From an uncultured Acidobacteriota bacterium (lineage in GTDB: Bacteria > Acidobacteriota > Vicinamibacteria > Vicinamibacterales > Fen-181): a stretch of 64,000 nucleotides of DNA. The notes under the pieces are model-generated. The model saw nothing but the letters and a program-made list of their open reading frames with translations. It searched no databases and had not been told where the DNA came from. Both the position numbers and the translations under genes were made by a program. Positions 36,209 through 48,129 of this stretch are shown one piece after another (within the stretch, counting starts at the first letter, position 1; every line of letters begins with the position of its first letter). The stretch lies in assembly GCA_963844875.1 (NCBI GenBank), contig CAWJPZ010000003.1, positions 645,200 through 709,199 of the forward strand. The letters run 5' to 3'.

Positions 36209-38011
36209 ATGATGCTCGGCATGCGCTACCTGCGGATGTTCAGCAACGCCGTGGCCGCCGCCGCCGTGGGTGCGGTCTACCTGAGCGTGCTGTTCCTGCA
36301 GCTGAATCCGGGTGTCCCGCTCTACCCGGTGAACCTGGTGGCGCTGGCGTTGACGCTCGCGTTCTCCTACGGCATCCACCTGGTGGTCCTGTTCTACTCG
36401 GCGATCGTCCTGCGGGAGCTCGTCGCCGGTGAACCGCTGTCGCCCGGGTGGATCAGCCTGCGTCTGTTGTCGTGGCTGCTCGCGGCCTCCGCGGGGCTCG
36501 TCGCGACCCTCATGTGGTTCAACCTGGTGTCGTACGGGCGGATGTTGAGCCTCGACACCTCCCGCCGCATGGCGGCTGGCGCCGCGACCCTCACCGCGTG
36601 CGCGTTCACCTTCCTGGCCGTGGCGCTCGCCCACTACTCGTTCGGCCGCCGGCGAGGAAGGGTCGGGGCGAGCTTCGTCAGCCTGGCGTTGGCAGTGTCC
36701 CTGGTTCTTCCGATAGTCGCCCGGGGACCGGGTCAGCTGCTTCCCCTCGTCTCGCGTCCGCTCGACGTCGACGCGAGCCTCGCGCACACGGCGACGCCGG
36801 GCCGCGTGGTGATGATCGCGCTCGACGGGGGGGCGCTCGACTTCCTGTCCACGGCCGCGCTCGAAGGCCGGCTGCCCAACTTCGGGAAGATCCTCGACGG
36901 CGGGGCGGCCATGCACCTTGCGACGATTCGGCCGACGCAGCCGGACCCGGTCTGGACGACCGTGGCGACCGGGAAACTGCCGCCGAGGACCGGCGTCCGG
37001 TCGGCGGCGCGCTACACGGTCCCCGCGCTCTCGGAGCCGCTCGAACTGCTGCCCGACAGCTGCTTCGCCCACGGGCTGGTGCACTTCGGGTTCATTTCCG
37101 CGCGGCCCCACACGTCGAACTCGGTCCGTGCGCGCACCCTCTGGAGCATCCTCGGCTCGGCGGGGCTGACGTCGGGGATCGTGAACTGGCCGCTCACCCA
37201 GCCGGCTTTGCCCGTTCGCGGATACCTCGTCAGCGACCAGTTCTACCGCCCCGGCGCGGCGCTGCTCGAACCGGAGGAGTTCGCCCGGGAGCCCGAGGGC
37301 CGCATTGGCGCGACGACCGTGTCGATCCAGCCGCCAGAGTGGTTCGATGAAGCGCGGGCGGCGGGCGACGTCGCCTCGTCGGCACCGGAGACGCTTGGCG
37401 GCTTCGCCCCGAACGATGCCAGGAGGACCGTGCTCCAGGCAGACCCCTACGTGACCGACCGGATGTACGAACAGGTCGCGCGGGCGCTCCAGGAGAAGAC
37501 GGGACCCGTGTTTGCGGCCGTGCGCTACAGGGAGCTCGACGACGCCGGGCACCGGTTCCTGCGCTACGCGATGCCGCGCGATTTCGGCGACGTCACGTCC
37601 TCGGAACGCCGGCAGTACGGGTCGGTGCTGGAGACCGCCTACGCCAGGGTCGACGCTGTCATCGGCCGCGCCCTCGCGACCCTCGGTCCGGACGACCTCC
37701 TCCTCGTCGTCTCGGGCTTCGGCATGGAGCCGTTGACCGTGGGCAAGCGGATGCTCGAGCGGTACATCGGCAACCCCGGCCTTTCGGGCACTCACGAGGA
37801 CGCCCCGGACGGCTTCCTGCTGGCCTACGGATCGGCGGTGGCGCCAGGCCGGAAGGACCGCGCCTCGGTCGTCGACGTGGTTCCGACCGTGCTGTATTTC
37901 CTGGGGCTGCCCGTCGCCCACGACATGGACGGCTACGCGAGGACCGACATCTTCCGCAGGGAATTCAGCGACCCCCGCCCGATCGCGTTCATCGAAACGT
38001 ACGAGCGCTGA
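36209..38011 (+). CDS. Membrane-anchored alkaline-phosphatase-superfamily protein (type I phosphodiesterase/nucleotide pyrophosphatase-like)
   Basis: About five N-terminal TM segments, then '[13 protein letters not shown]', '[12 protein letters not shown]' and 'SGFGME'. ATG 36221 is an alternative start. Confidence 0.65.
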   Translation: MMLGMRYLRMFSNAVAAAAVGAVYLSVLFLQLNPGVPLYPVNLVALALTLAFSYGIHLVVLFYSAIVLRELVAGEPLSPGWISLRLLSWLLAASAGLVATLMWFNLVSYGRMLSLDTSRRMAAGAATLTACAFTFLAVALAHYSFGRRRGRVGASFVSLALAVSLVLPIVARGPGQLLPLVSRPLDVDASLAHTATPGRVVMIALDGGALDFLSTAALEGRLPNFGKILDGGAAMHLATIRPTQPDPVWTTVATGKLPPRTGVRSAARYTVPALSEPLELLPDSCFAHGLVHFGFISARPHTSNSVRARTLWSILGSAGLTSGIVNWPLTQPALPVRGYLVSDQFYRPGAALLEPEEFAREPEGRIGATTVSIQPPEWFDEARAAGDVASSAPETLGGFAPNDARRTVLQADPYVTDRMYEQVARALQEKTGPVFAAVRYRELDDAGHRFLRYAMPRDFGDVTSSERRQYGSVLETAYARVDAVIGRALATLGPDDLLLVVSGFGMEPLTVGKRMLERYIGNPGLSGTHEDAPDGFLLAYGSAVAPGRKDRASVVDVVPTVLYFLGLPVAHDMDGYARTDIFRREFSDPRPIAFIETYER

Positions 38012-38110
38012 GGCGCTCGTACGTCGGCACTGACGCTCAGGAGTCGGCACTCACGCCGCGTGGTCGGTTGTGACGCTGAGGCGTCGGTGTGACGGTCAGT
38101 GGTCGGAACT
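38004..38110. repeat. Tandem array of about 20-nt repeats (4-5 units), consensus roughly TCGGYRYTGACGCTSAGGNG
   Basis: Units begin at 38024, 38044, 38064, 38084 and 38103 (period 20, 20, 20, 19), with a partial unit at 38004-38023. Confidence 0.75.
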
Positions 38111-38137
38111 CGACCCCTCATCGTCAGGTCTCGGCCG

Positions 38138-38146
38138 TGGTATACT
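38138..38146 (+). promoter_or_regulatory. Candidate extended -10 promoter element (TGgTATACT) for the pyrR operon
   Basis: TGG plus TATACT at 38138-38146, 140 nt upstream of the pyrR ATG. There is no good -35 element. Confidence 0.35.
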
Positions 38147-38174
38147 GCCGCAGTTCTTTAAGCCGGCCCCGTGA

Positions 38175-39824
<1,650 letters not shown>

Positions 39825-39841
<17 letters not shown>

Positions 39842-41162
39842 GGGCGGGCATCTGGTGGATCCCCTGCAGGGGATCGATGGCGTCAGGGACGTGTTGCTCG
39901 ACGGCGATCTGGTGGCGGCCGTCGGGGAGAACCTGCAGGCGGAGCCGGGCGTCGAGGTCATCGAGGTTCCGGCCGGATGCATCCTCTGTCCCGGTTTCGT
40001 GGACATGCACGTGCACCTGCGAGAGCCGGGGCAGGAGCACAAGGAAACCGTCGCGACCGGCACCGCGGCCGCCGCGGCAGGAGGATTCACGGCCGTCGCC
40101 TGCATGCCGAACACCAGCCCGGTGAACGACACGGCCTCGGTGACGCGCCTGATTGCCGACAGGGCGTCGGCTCAGGGCGTCGTCCGCGTGTACCCGATCG
40201 GCACCGTCTCCAAGGGGATGAAAGGGGAGAGCCTCTCTGAGATGGCCGACCTCCGCGGCGCGGGATGCGTGGCGTTCTCCGACGACGGGAAGCCGGTCAT
40301 GTCCGCCTTGCTGATGCGGCGCGCGCTGGAGTACGCCGGCATGCTCGGGATGCCGGTCATCGACCACTGCGAAGAGCCGACCCTGAAAGGCGAGGGCGTC
40401 GCGCACGAGGGGTTCGTCGCCTCTCAGCTCGGGCTCAGGGGCATCCCGGCCGCCGCGGAAACGATCATGGTCGACCGCAACATCGCGCTGGCCGACATGA
40501 CGGGCAGCCCCGTGCACATCGCGCACCTGAGCACCAGGCAGGCGCTGCAGAGCGTGTGGTCCGCGAAGTCGCGGGGCGTCAATGTCACGTGCGAAGTGAC
40601 GCCCCATCACTTCACGCTGACCGACCAGCGGCTCACCGGGCCGATCCCCTACGACACGAACCTGAAGATGAACCCGCCCCTGCGCGAGCAGGCCGACCTG
40701 GACGCGATGCTGCAGGGGCTCAGATCGGGCACCGTGGACGTGATCGCGACCGACCACGCGCCCCACCAGGCCGACGAGAAGCACGTCGAATTCGATCGGG
40801 CGCCCTTTGGCATCATCGGCCTGGAAACGGCGGTGCCGCTGACGCTCGACCGCCTCGTCCACGAGGGCGTGATCACGCTGCGCAGAATGGTGCAGCTGCT
40901 CTCGGTGAACCCGTGCCGGATCCTGAGCGTGCCGGGTGGGACGCTGCGTCCCGGCAAGCCGGCGGACATCACCGTCATCGCGCCCGCGGTGACGACGACG
41001 GTGAACGTGGCCGCATCGCGTTCGCTGTCGCGGAATTCTCCGTTCGACGGCTGGGCGCTGCGCGGGGCGGTGGCGGCGACAATCGTCGGCGGGCGGACGG
41101 TCTACGTGAACGAGGCGGTGGAAGGCGCGGGGGTGTTCGGGGGCGTCCTCGCGGGCGCATGA
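39825..41162 (+). CDS. pyrC: Dihydroorotase
   Basis: '[14 protein letters not shown]', 'VACMPNT', 'VHIAHLST' and 'IATDHAPH'. The ATG follows AGGTGGAG. Confidence 0.9.
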
Positions 41163-42110
41163 GCGGTTCGGCACAGCCCGCCCGAAACGGCCGGGCAGGC
41201 GCGGACCCCCTCGCCGCGGGCCCGGATGCGTGCGCCTCGCTGAAGGAAGCGCTCGACCGGCTCTATTCGGAGTACAGACCGGGCGGCGGCGGTCGCGGAC
41301 CCCATCGAGATCGTCCGCCGCTATCCGGATCCCCGGGACCGCGAGGTGGTGGGATTCTGCGCGGCGGGCCTTGCCTTCGGCCGCGTGGCCAGCGTGCTGC
41401 AGTCGGTGGAACGCCTGCTCGCCGTCCTCGGCCCGTCCCCGGCCGAGTTCGTCGCGCGGTTCGAACCCTCCCGTCACGCCAAAGGGTTCGCGCCCCTCGG
41501 CCACAGGTGGATTCGCGGGGACAATCTCGTCGAACTGCTGATGGTCCTGCGGCGGATGATGGACGAGGCCGGTTCCATCCAGGCGTTCTTCCTGCGCGGG
41601 GACGACCCGCGGGCGGAGGACGTCGGTGCCGCGATCGAATCGTTTTCGGCGCGAGCCCTCGCCCTTCTTGATCCCCGCCGCCCCGCGCGCCCCACGGGCG
41701 TCTCGTACTTCTTCCCGCGTCCCGCGAGCGGCAGCGCGTGCAAGCGGATGAACCTGTACCTGCGATGGATGGTGCGGGCCGACTCGATCGACCTCGGCGT
41801 GTGGTCCGGAGTCGCGGCCGCCCGTCTGATCGTCCCGCTCGACGTCCACGTGATCCGGCTGGGGCAGTGCCTTCGCCTGACCCGGCATCGCAGCCCCGGC
41901 TGGAGGATGGCTGCCGAGATCACCGCCTCCCTGCGCAGGTTCAATCCCGCCGACCCGGTGAAGTACGACTTCGCGCTGTGCCACGTCGGCATGCACGACC
42001 GGTGCGGCTTCAACCGGCCGTCTGCCGACTCCCGCTGCCCGCTCCGCGGGTGGTGCCGGCCACGGCCGCGTAGACGGCCAGCGTCTGGTCCACCATCCGG
42101 CCGACGCTGA
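41159..42110 (+). CDS. TIGR02757 (DUF2400) family protein, with the frame broken once within 41276-41295
   Basis: The N-terminal 'LKEALDRLYSEY' is in the 40265..41671 frame. The continuation, 'DRAAAVADPIEIVRRYPDPRDREVVGFCAAGLAFGRV...', is in the 41346..42110 frame. The 3' end overlaps the next gene by 100 nt, so the stop is suspect. Confidence 0.7.
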
Positions 42111-43140
42111 ATCGTTCCTGCACGCGGGCGAACCCCGCCCGGGCCGCCCGCTCGCGTCCCGCGCCGTCCTTCAGCATCTGCAGGATCGCCTCGGCGAGAG
42201 CGCGGCCGTCGCGCGGCGGGGCCAGCAGCCCGGTCTCCCCGTGCACGACGACTTCCGGGATCCCGCCGGTCTGCGTCGCGACGATCGGCCTCGCCGCGGC
42301 CATGGCGTCCAGCAGCGACGTGCCGAGCCCCTCGGTCACCGAGCTCATCACGAAGAGGTCGAGCCCCTTGAGCACCGCGAGGACATCGGCGCGGAAGCCC
42401 GCCAGCACCACGTGCTGCGACAGGTGCAGGTGCTTGATCTGCTGCTCCAGCGACGTGCGCAGTTCGCCTTCGCCCAGGATCAGGAACCGCGTTTCCGGCA
42501 GTTCGCGCACCACGATCGCCGCCGCGTCCAGCAGGAACTTGTGACCCTTGTGCGGCACAAGGGCGGCGATGTTGCCAACGACCAGCGAGTGCGGGGGAAA
42601 CCAGTACTCCTCGCGCACGTTCAGCGGCTCGACGGCCAGAACCCGGTCGATGTCCACGCCCTCGTGGACCGTGACCACGCGGTCCGCCGGGATGCCGTCT
42701 TCGAGGAGCATCGCGCGAATCGCGTTCGAGGCGCAGACGAACCGGTCGACCTGCCGATACTTCCAGCGCGAGAACGAATTGCCCTTGAGGTGAAAGTCGA
42801 CCCGGCGCGCCGCGACGAGCGCCGGCCGCGGCGACGGCGAGGCGATCGACAGCGCCGTTGCGGCCACGGCCACGCCGTGCGGGTCGTGGGCGTGCACGAC
42901 CTCCGGATGGAGTTCCCGGATGATGCGCGACAGGCGCCAGGCCGCCGGCAGGTCCACCTCGTTCCGGGGGGCCAGCGGGATCGTCTCGATGTCGGCGGGG
43001 AGACGCTTCCGCAACTCGCCGTCCGGGTGCACGACGGCCACGACGCGGTGACCGCGTGCGCGAAGGCCGCGCGCGGTCAGCAGGACCTGGCTCTGGCCCC
43101 CGCGCCAGCTCCGTGCGGTATCGATCTGGAGAGAAAACAC
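42010..43140 (-). CDS. Glycosyltransferase family 4 (GT-B, RfaG-like)
   Basis: 'WRGGQSQVL', 'VVHAHDPH' and the C-terminal 'E.EGLGTSLLDAMA...P.VAT..GGIPEVV' motif. Confidence 0.85.
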   Translation of the reverse strand: MFSLQIDTARSWRGGQSQVLLTARGLRARGHRVVAVVHPDGELRKRLPADIETIPLAPRNEVDLPAAWRLSRIIRELHPEVVHAHDPHGVAVAATALSIASPSPRPALVAARRVDFHLKGNSFSRWKYRQVDRFVCASNAIRAMLLEDGIPADRVVTVHEGVDIDRVLAVEPLNVREEYWFPPHSLVVGNIAALVPHKGHKFLLDAAAIVVRELPETRFLILGEGELRTSLEQQIKHLHLSQHVVLAGFRADVLAVLKGLDLFVMSSVTEGLGTSLLDAMAAARPIVATQTGGIPEVVVHGETGLLAPPRDGRALAEAILQMLKDGAGRERAARAGFARVQERFSVGRMVDQTLAVYAAVAGTTRGAGSGSRQTAG

Positions 43141-43197
43141 TGCTCGCCGTCCTCTAGGAACCCGCCGTCAACGCGCACTGCACACTGTCCGCGCCTT

Positions 43198-43218
43198 TCT
43201 GCATCTTGCATCCTGCAT
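43198..43218. repeat. Three tandem heptads, tctgcat cttgcat cctgcat (same motif as 6373-6400)
   Basis: This is a direct reading of the sequence. It lies in the 85-nt gap between the GT2 stop and the GT4 start. Confidence 0.55.
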
Positions 43219-43225
43219 TCAGGCC

Positions 43226-43975
43226 TCACTTCTTCAGCGGCCTGCTCTCCCAGAGCTTGGCGAACTTCAGGAACACGTAGTAGCTGTTCAACACCGAGAC
43301 CACGAGTCCCACCGGCCCGTCCCGCCACCCGGCGCGCACGACGTAATTGCGAAGGAACGCCCCGGCGGGGCGCGCGACCAACCCCGCCACGCCCACACGG
43401 ACGCCGCGCTCGCGCATCTGTTGCGCCGCGAGCGTGGTGTAACGGTCGATCGTCTGCAGGTGGTGCGCGATGTCTCGGTAGGGGAGGTGCTGGAGGTCGC
43501 CGCGCAGCCGGGCCACCCCGCCGCTCACCTCGACTCCTTCGTGAACCAGGCCGGACCATCGCGAGACCCGGCGGTCGTACAGCCGGAGCTGGTAGTCGGG
43601 ATACCAGTCGGTGGACCGGATCCACCGCCCAAGGTAGAAGGACACCCGCGGGATGCGGTAGCCCCGCGCCGCCGGCTCCCCGCGGAGCAACTGCCGGATC
43701 TCGGCGGCGAGTCCCGGCGTCACCCGTTCGTCCGCGTCGAGCGAGAGCACCCAGTCGTTGGACGCCTCGCCCGCCGCGAAGTTCTTCTGCGCGGAATACC
43801 CCGGCCAGTCCCGCACCACCACGCGGTCCGTGTGCCGCCGGGCAATCTCGACGGTGTCGTCGGTGCTGTGCGAATCGACGACGAGGATCTCGTCCGCCCA
43901 GGACACCGAGTCGAGGGCGGGCCCGAGGTTCGCCGACTCGTTCCGCGTAATCACCGTGACCGTCAGCTTCGGCAC
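43226..43975 (-). CDS. Glycosyltransferase family 2 (LPS-core-type)
   Basis: 'VTVITRNESANL', 'ILVVDSHSTDDT' and 'VLSLDADE'. Confidence 0.85.
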   Translation of the reverse strand: MPKLTVTVITRNESANLGPALDSVSWADEILVVDSHSTDDTVEIARRHTDRVVVRDWPGYSAQKNFAAGEASNDWVLSLDADERVTPGLAAEIRQLLRGEPAARGYRIPRVSFYLGRWIRSTDWYPDYQLRLYDRRVSRWSGLVHEGVEVSGGVARLRGDLQHLPYRDIAHHLQTIDRYTTLAAQQMRERGVRVGVAGLVARPAGAFLRNYVVRAGWRDGPVGLVVSVLNSYYVFLKFAKLWESRPLKK

Positions 43976-44021
43976 ACGGGGAGTATAGCCCGGCCTCCCG
44001 CTTCCGGCCGAGAGCCGGGGC

Positions 44022-45671
44022 CTACCGGGTCACATTCGCCAGCACGGACGCCGTCGCCAGGCCGATCCCGCCGCCATTGAGCGGGGCTTCCTGCACGGTC
44101 TCGAAGTCGACGACCGAGCGGTTGTAGTCGAGGATCGCCAGCAGTTCCGCGTTCCGCGCCGACGCGAGGTCGCGTTGGGCCTGGATGACCTGGAAATTGG
44201 TCGACATGCCGGCCTGGAACTTCTTCTGCTCGGCCTCCAGCCTGCGTTCGGCCAGCGCGCGCGAGGCGCGGGTCGCTTCCACCCGCTTGCGGTTCGTGTT
44301 CAGCGTCCGCGCCACCTCCCGCACCTGCGCGGTCACCAGCTGCTCGAGGCTGCGCAACTGGAGTTCCGACTGGCTGTAGGACACCCTGGCGCGCGCGAGG
44401 GCCGCCTCCGCGGAACTCTTGCCGAGCGGGTAGCCGACGGTCACCGCGACGGACCAGTTGTGGAAGTCGTTGCTCACCATCCGCGACAGCACCTCGCTAT
44501 AGGGGATCTCGACGACGGATAGCGGGACCGGAGGGAAGGTGTCGGAGAACTGGTACAACGTGCCGCCCTGCCCGGTGAGGCCGTAGCCCGCCTGCACGCT
44601 GAGGTCGGGCAGCGTCTGGTTCTTGAAGTAGCGAATATTGATGTTGCTCGCCTCGAGGCTCTTCTTCATGTTCGTGATGTCGGTGCGCCGCTCCAGCGCC
44701 GTCTGGACGGCCGCATCGACGTTCACGTCCTGGGCCTGGAACACCGGCGGGTCGGTCAGCTCCAGCCGCGTATTCCAGACATCCGAGACCTTCGGGTCGA
44801 AAATCAGCTGCCGCAGGTTGTCTTCGGCCCGGGTGATCTGGGCTTCGGCGAGGATGACGGCCTCCTCGTTTCGCGCGACCTCCGCCTCGGCCTCGATGAT
44901 GTCGATCGGCGCCATCGTCCCGATGCCGACGCGCGACTTGTTGTTGCGCAGCGACTCGCGGGCGATGTCGAGCGATTGCTGCTGGACCTTGAGGTTCCCG
45001 AGCGAGTAGGCGAGATCCCAGTAGGCGCTCTTGACGGCGCGGACGGTGACGAGCACCGTCTGCTTCAGCTGCACGTCGGTCATCTCGCGGTTCTTCTTGC
45101 TGATCAGCAGCTGCTGGCGGGTGCTGTCGATCTTGAAGTTGCGGAGCAGCGGCTGGGTGTAGCGCCCGGTGACGTTGGCGCTGATCGCGGGGTTGGGGCT
45201 GTCGAAGAGGCTGTTGCTCTCGGCCTTCAGGTTGCTCCACTGCACGTTGTAGTTCGCGCCCCACGGGAGGTTCTGCTCGGCCTGCACCGAGAAGCTGAAC
45301 CGGTCGTTGACCAGCTTGTCGGAAGCGCCGGAGAAGAAGCTGCTGATCGGGTTCGTCGCGCTCTGCGTGACGAGCGTGGAGCTGAGGTCGGGCGTCCAGA
45401 AGGTCTTCACCTGCTGCGTCACCAGGTCCTGGAGCTGCGGGTCGAGCCTCTGGACCTGCAAGGTCAGGTTCTGCTCGAGGGCCAGCCTTACCGCCTCTTC
45501 GAGCGACAGCTGCCGCACCTTCGCGTCGGGCGCCGCCTGCGCGGTCGAAAGCGCCTGGCCTTGGCGAATCTCCAGGGAGTGTCCGGACTGTCCGAAACCG
45601 GACGCGGGAACGAGGACAACGGTGAGGACGAGGCCGAGCGCGCAGCGTCGAACGCAGTGATTCATGGACAT
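44022..45671 (-). CDS. TolC-family outer-membrane efflux protein
   Basis: It has a signal peptide, 'LSLEEAVRLALEQNLTLQ' and two OEP repeats ('AYWDL...', 'ARNAELLAILDYNRSVVDFE'). Confidence 0.85.
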   Translation of the reverse strand: MSMNHCVRRCALGLVLTVVLVPASGFGQSGHSLEIRQGQALSTAQAAPDAKVRQLSLEEAVRLALEQNLTLQVQRLDPQLQDLVTQQVKTFWTPDLSSTLVTQSATNPISSFFSGASDKLVNDRFSFSVQAEQNLPWGANYNVQWSNLKAESNSLFDSPNPAISANVTGRYTQPLLRNFKIDSTRQQLLISKKNREMTDVQLKQTVLVTVRAVKSAYWDLAYSLGNLKVQQQSLDIARESLRNNKSRVGIGTMAPIDIIEAEAEVARNEEAVILAEAQITRAEDNLRQLIFDPKVSDVWNTRLELTDPPVFQAQDVNVDAAVQTALERRTDITNMKKSLEASNINIRYFKNQTLPDLSVQAGYGLTGQGGTLYQFSDTFPPVPLSVVEIPYSEVLSRMVSNDFHNWSVAVTVGYPLGKSSAEAALARARVSYSQSELQLRSLEQLVTAQVREVARTLNTNRKRVEATRASRALAERRLEAEQKKFQAGMSTNFQVIQAQRDLASARNAELLAILDYNRSVVDFETVQEAPLNGGGIGLATASVLANVTR

Positions 45672-45818
45672 GGCTCCAGTCGGCGGTCCTAGTAATAGAC
45701 GATCCCGGGGCCGCGGGGGTTCAGGAACGGTCGATTCTACCCTGCGCTTGACATCGGGCGGCCTCCCAACCAACGATCCAAGATCCCGGTCCACTTCGAG
45801 ATTCCGGGGGAGCGCACC

Positions 45819-46409
45819 ATGAACCGTGACGAACTGCTCGACCTGTTCCGCCGGTCTTCGGCCCTGCTCGAAGGCCACTTCCGCCTTTCGTCGGGCCTTC
45901 ACAGCCCCGGCTACCTGCAGTGCGCGCTGGTCTTGCAGCACCCGCAGCACGCCGCGGCCCTCGGCGCGGCGCTCGCCGAGCGCGTCCGAGACCTGCGGCC
46001 GACCACCGTGCTCTCGCCCGCTCTCGGTGGGTTGATCATCGGTCACGAGGTCGCGCGGGCGCTCGGGGCGAGAGCCATCTTCGCCGAGCGCGAAGAGGGG
46101 GCCCTGAAGCTCCGTCGGGGCTTCACCATCGCCGACGCGGAGCGCGTCGTCGTCGTCGAAGACGTGGTGACGACAGGCGGCTCGACGCGCGAGACGATGC
46201 AGGTCGCGACGGCGGCGGGGGCGCAGGTGGTGGCCGCGGCCGCCGTGGTCAACCGGAGCGGCGGCAAGGCGTCGCTGGACGTGCCGCTCCACGCGCTGCT
46301 CGACCTCCTGCTGCCCACCTACGATCCGAACGCGTGCCCGCTGTGCGCGGAGGGTGTGCCGATCGTGAAGCCCGGCTCGCGCCAGGTGGCGGTCGCGCAC
46401 GACCGGTGA
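45819..46409 (+). CDS. pyrE: Orotate phosphoribosyltransferase
   Basis: 'GHFRLSSGLHSPGYLQ' and PRPP loop 'VVVVEDVVTTGGST'. Confidence 0.9.
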   Translation: MNRDELLDLFRRSSALLEGHFRLSSGLHSPGYLQCALVLQHPQHAAALGAALAERVRDLRPTTVLSPALGGLIIGHEVARALGARAIFAEREEGALKLRRGFTIADAERVVVVEDVVTTGGSTRETMQVATAAGAQVVAAAAVVNRSGGKASLDVPLHALLDLLLPTYDPNACPLCAEGVPIVKPGSRQVAVAHDR

Positions 46410-46455
46410 CGCGGCGCACCACGGGTCAATGCGGCAGAATGCGCGTTCCACCCGC

Positions 46456-47250
46456 ATGCGGACGCTGAAGATCGTCCTGGCGTACGACGGGGCGGCCTTC
46501 GTCGGGTGGCAGCGCCAGCTGGCAGGGGCCTCCATCCAGGGCCACCTGGAAGAGGCGCTGGCGACGATCGAAGGACGGCCGGTGGCGGTCGTCGGCGCGG
46601 GACGCACGGACGCCGGGGTGCACGCGCTCGGCCAGGTCGCCAGCTGCACGCTGGTCCACCCGATCTCCACCGGCACGCTGGCCCGCGCCCTCAACGCGAT
46701 GCTGCCCGACGGCGTGCGCGTCCTCGGGGTGGACGAGGCCGCCGAGGGATTCCACGCGCGCTATTCCGCGCGGCTCAAGACCTACCGGTACCTGATCCTG
46801 AACGAGGGCGTCGCCAGCCCGTTTGTGCGGCGCTACGTCTGGCAAATCGGCGCGCCGCTGGATCTCGCCGCCATGTCCGACGCGGCCGGCCTGCTGGCGG
46901 GGGAACACGACTTCTCGGCGCTGCAGGGCGCGGGGAGCGCCGCCAAGACCACGACGAGAACCGTGACGGCGGCCCGGTGGATCGAATCGTCCACGTCGGA
47001 CACCTTCGGCAGCGCGTTCGCACCCGCGCATCCCGCCGCAAGCGGCCGCATCCTGGCGTTCGAAATCACCGGGAGCGGGTTCCTCCGCCACATGGTCCGG
47101 AACGCCGTCGGGACGCTCGTCGAAATCGGCCTCGGCAGGCAGGAGCCCAGGTGGATCGAGTCGGTCCTCGCCTCGGGCAGCCGCGACGAGGCCGGACCGA
47201 CCGCGCCGGCGTGCGGCCTGTTCCTGGTGTCGGTCGGCTACGACCCGTAG
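46456..47250 (+). CDS. truA: tRNA pseudouridine(38-40) synthase
   Basis: 'LKIVLAYDGAAFVGWQRQ', catalytic 'GAGRTDAGVHA' and 'GSGFLRHMVRN'. Confidence 0.9.
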   Translation: MRTLKIVLAYDGAAFVGWQRQLAGASIQGHLEEALATIEGRPVAVVGAGRTDAGVHALGQVASCTLVHPISTGTLARALNAMLPDGVRVLGVDEAAEGFHARYSARLKTYRYLILNEGVASPFVRRYVWQIGAPLDLAAMSDAAGLLAGEHDFSALQGAGSAAKTTTRTVTAARWIESSTSDTFGSAFAPAHPAASGRILAFEITGSGFLRHMVRNAVGTLVEIGLGRQEPRWIESVLASGSRDEAGPTAPACGLFLVSVGYDP

Positions 47251-47329
47251 CCGGAGGCCGGGGCGGTCCCGTCCTTGCCCCGCCCGGTGGGTGCCTGTAA
47301 GATCAAAGCTCGCCTCTGCAGGCAAGTGT

Positions 47330-48121
47330 ATGTCTCTCGAACAGATCCTCGCGCGGGTGCCGCCCGGTTCTCCCGAAGACGGGTTGGCGCGGCAGATCGA
47401 TTTCAGCCGGCTCCCGGCGCACGTGGCCATCATCATGGACGGCAACGGACGCTGGGCCGCGAAGCGCCACCTTCCGCGCGTCGAAGGGCACCGCGCCGGG
47501 ATCGATGCCGTCCGCGACTCGGTGGAGACGTCGGCCCGGCTCGGGGTCGGCGTGCTCACGCTCTACGCCTTCTCCGTGGAGAACTGGAAGCGGCCGCGCA
47601 CGGAAGTCTGGACGCTGATGACGCTCCTGAAGCGCTACCTGCGCCTCGAGCTCAGCACCCTGCTCGACAATGACATCCGGTTCAAGGTCATCGGCAGGCC
47701 GGACGAGCTTGCGCCCGACGTCCGTGAGGAACTGGGCCTGGCCATGGAGCGGACCGCCGGCAATCACGGCATGCAGTTCAACATCGCGTTGAATTACGGC
47801 GGGCGCGCCGAGATCGTGGATGCCGCGCGGCGTCTGATCGAAAGCGGGGTGGCGGCGTCCGAGGTGGACGAGCGGCGGCTGGCCGACTGCCTTTACACGG
47901 CCGGGCAGCCCGACCCGGACCTCCTGATCCGCACCAGCGGCGAGATGCGGGTGAGCAACTTCCTGCTCTGGCAGATCGCGTACGCGGAAATCTGGGTGAC
48001 CGACACGTTGTGGCCAGACTTCCGGTGCCGTCACCTGCTCGAGGCGATCGTGGACTACCAGAAGCGCGATCGCCGTTACGGCGGCATCAAACCGCCCCGC
48101 CTGGCCATCGGCGCCAAGTAA
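47330..48121 (+). CDS. uppS: Di-trans,poly-cis-undecaprenyl-diphosphate synthase
   Basis: 'HVAIIMDGNGRWA', 'LTLYAFSVENWKRP', 'DLLIRTSGEMRVSNFLLWQIAYAE' and 'RRYGG'. Confidence 0.95.
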   Translation: MSLEQILARVPPGSPEDGLARQIDFSRLPAHVAIIMDGNGRWAAKRHLPRVEGHRAGIDAVRDSVETSARLGVGVLTLYAFSVENWKRPRTEVWTLMTLLKRYLRLELSTLLDNDIRFKVIGRPDELAPDVREELGLAMERTAGNHGMQFNIALNYGGRAEIVDAARRLIESGVAASEVDERRLADCLYTAGQPDPDLLIRTSGEMRVSNFLLWQIAYAEIWVTDTLWPDFRCRHLLEAIVDYQKRDRRYGGIKPPRLAIGAK

Positions 48122-48129
48122 GCGACGAC

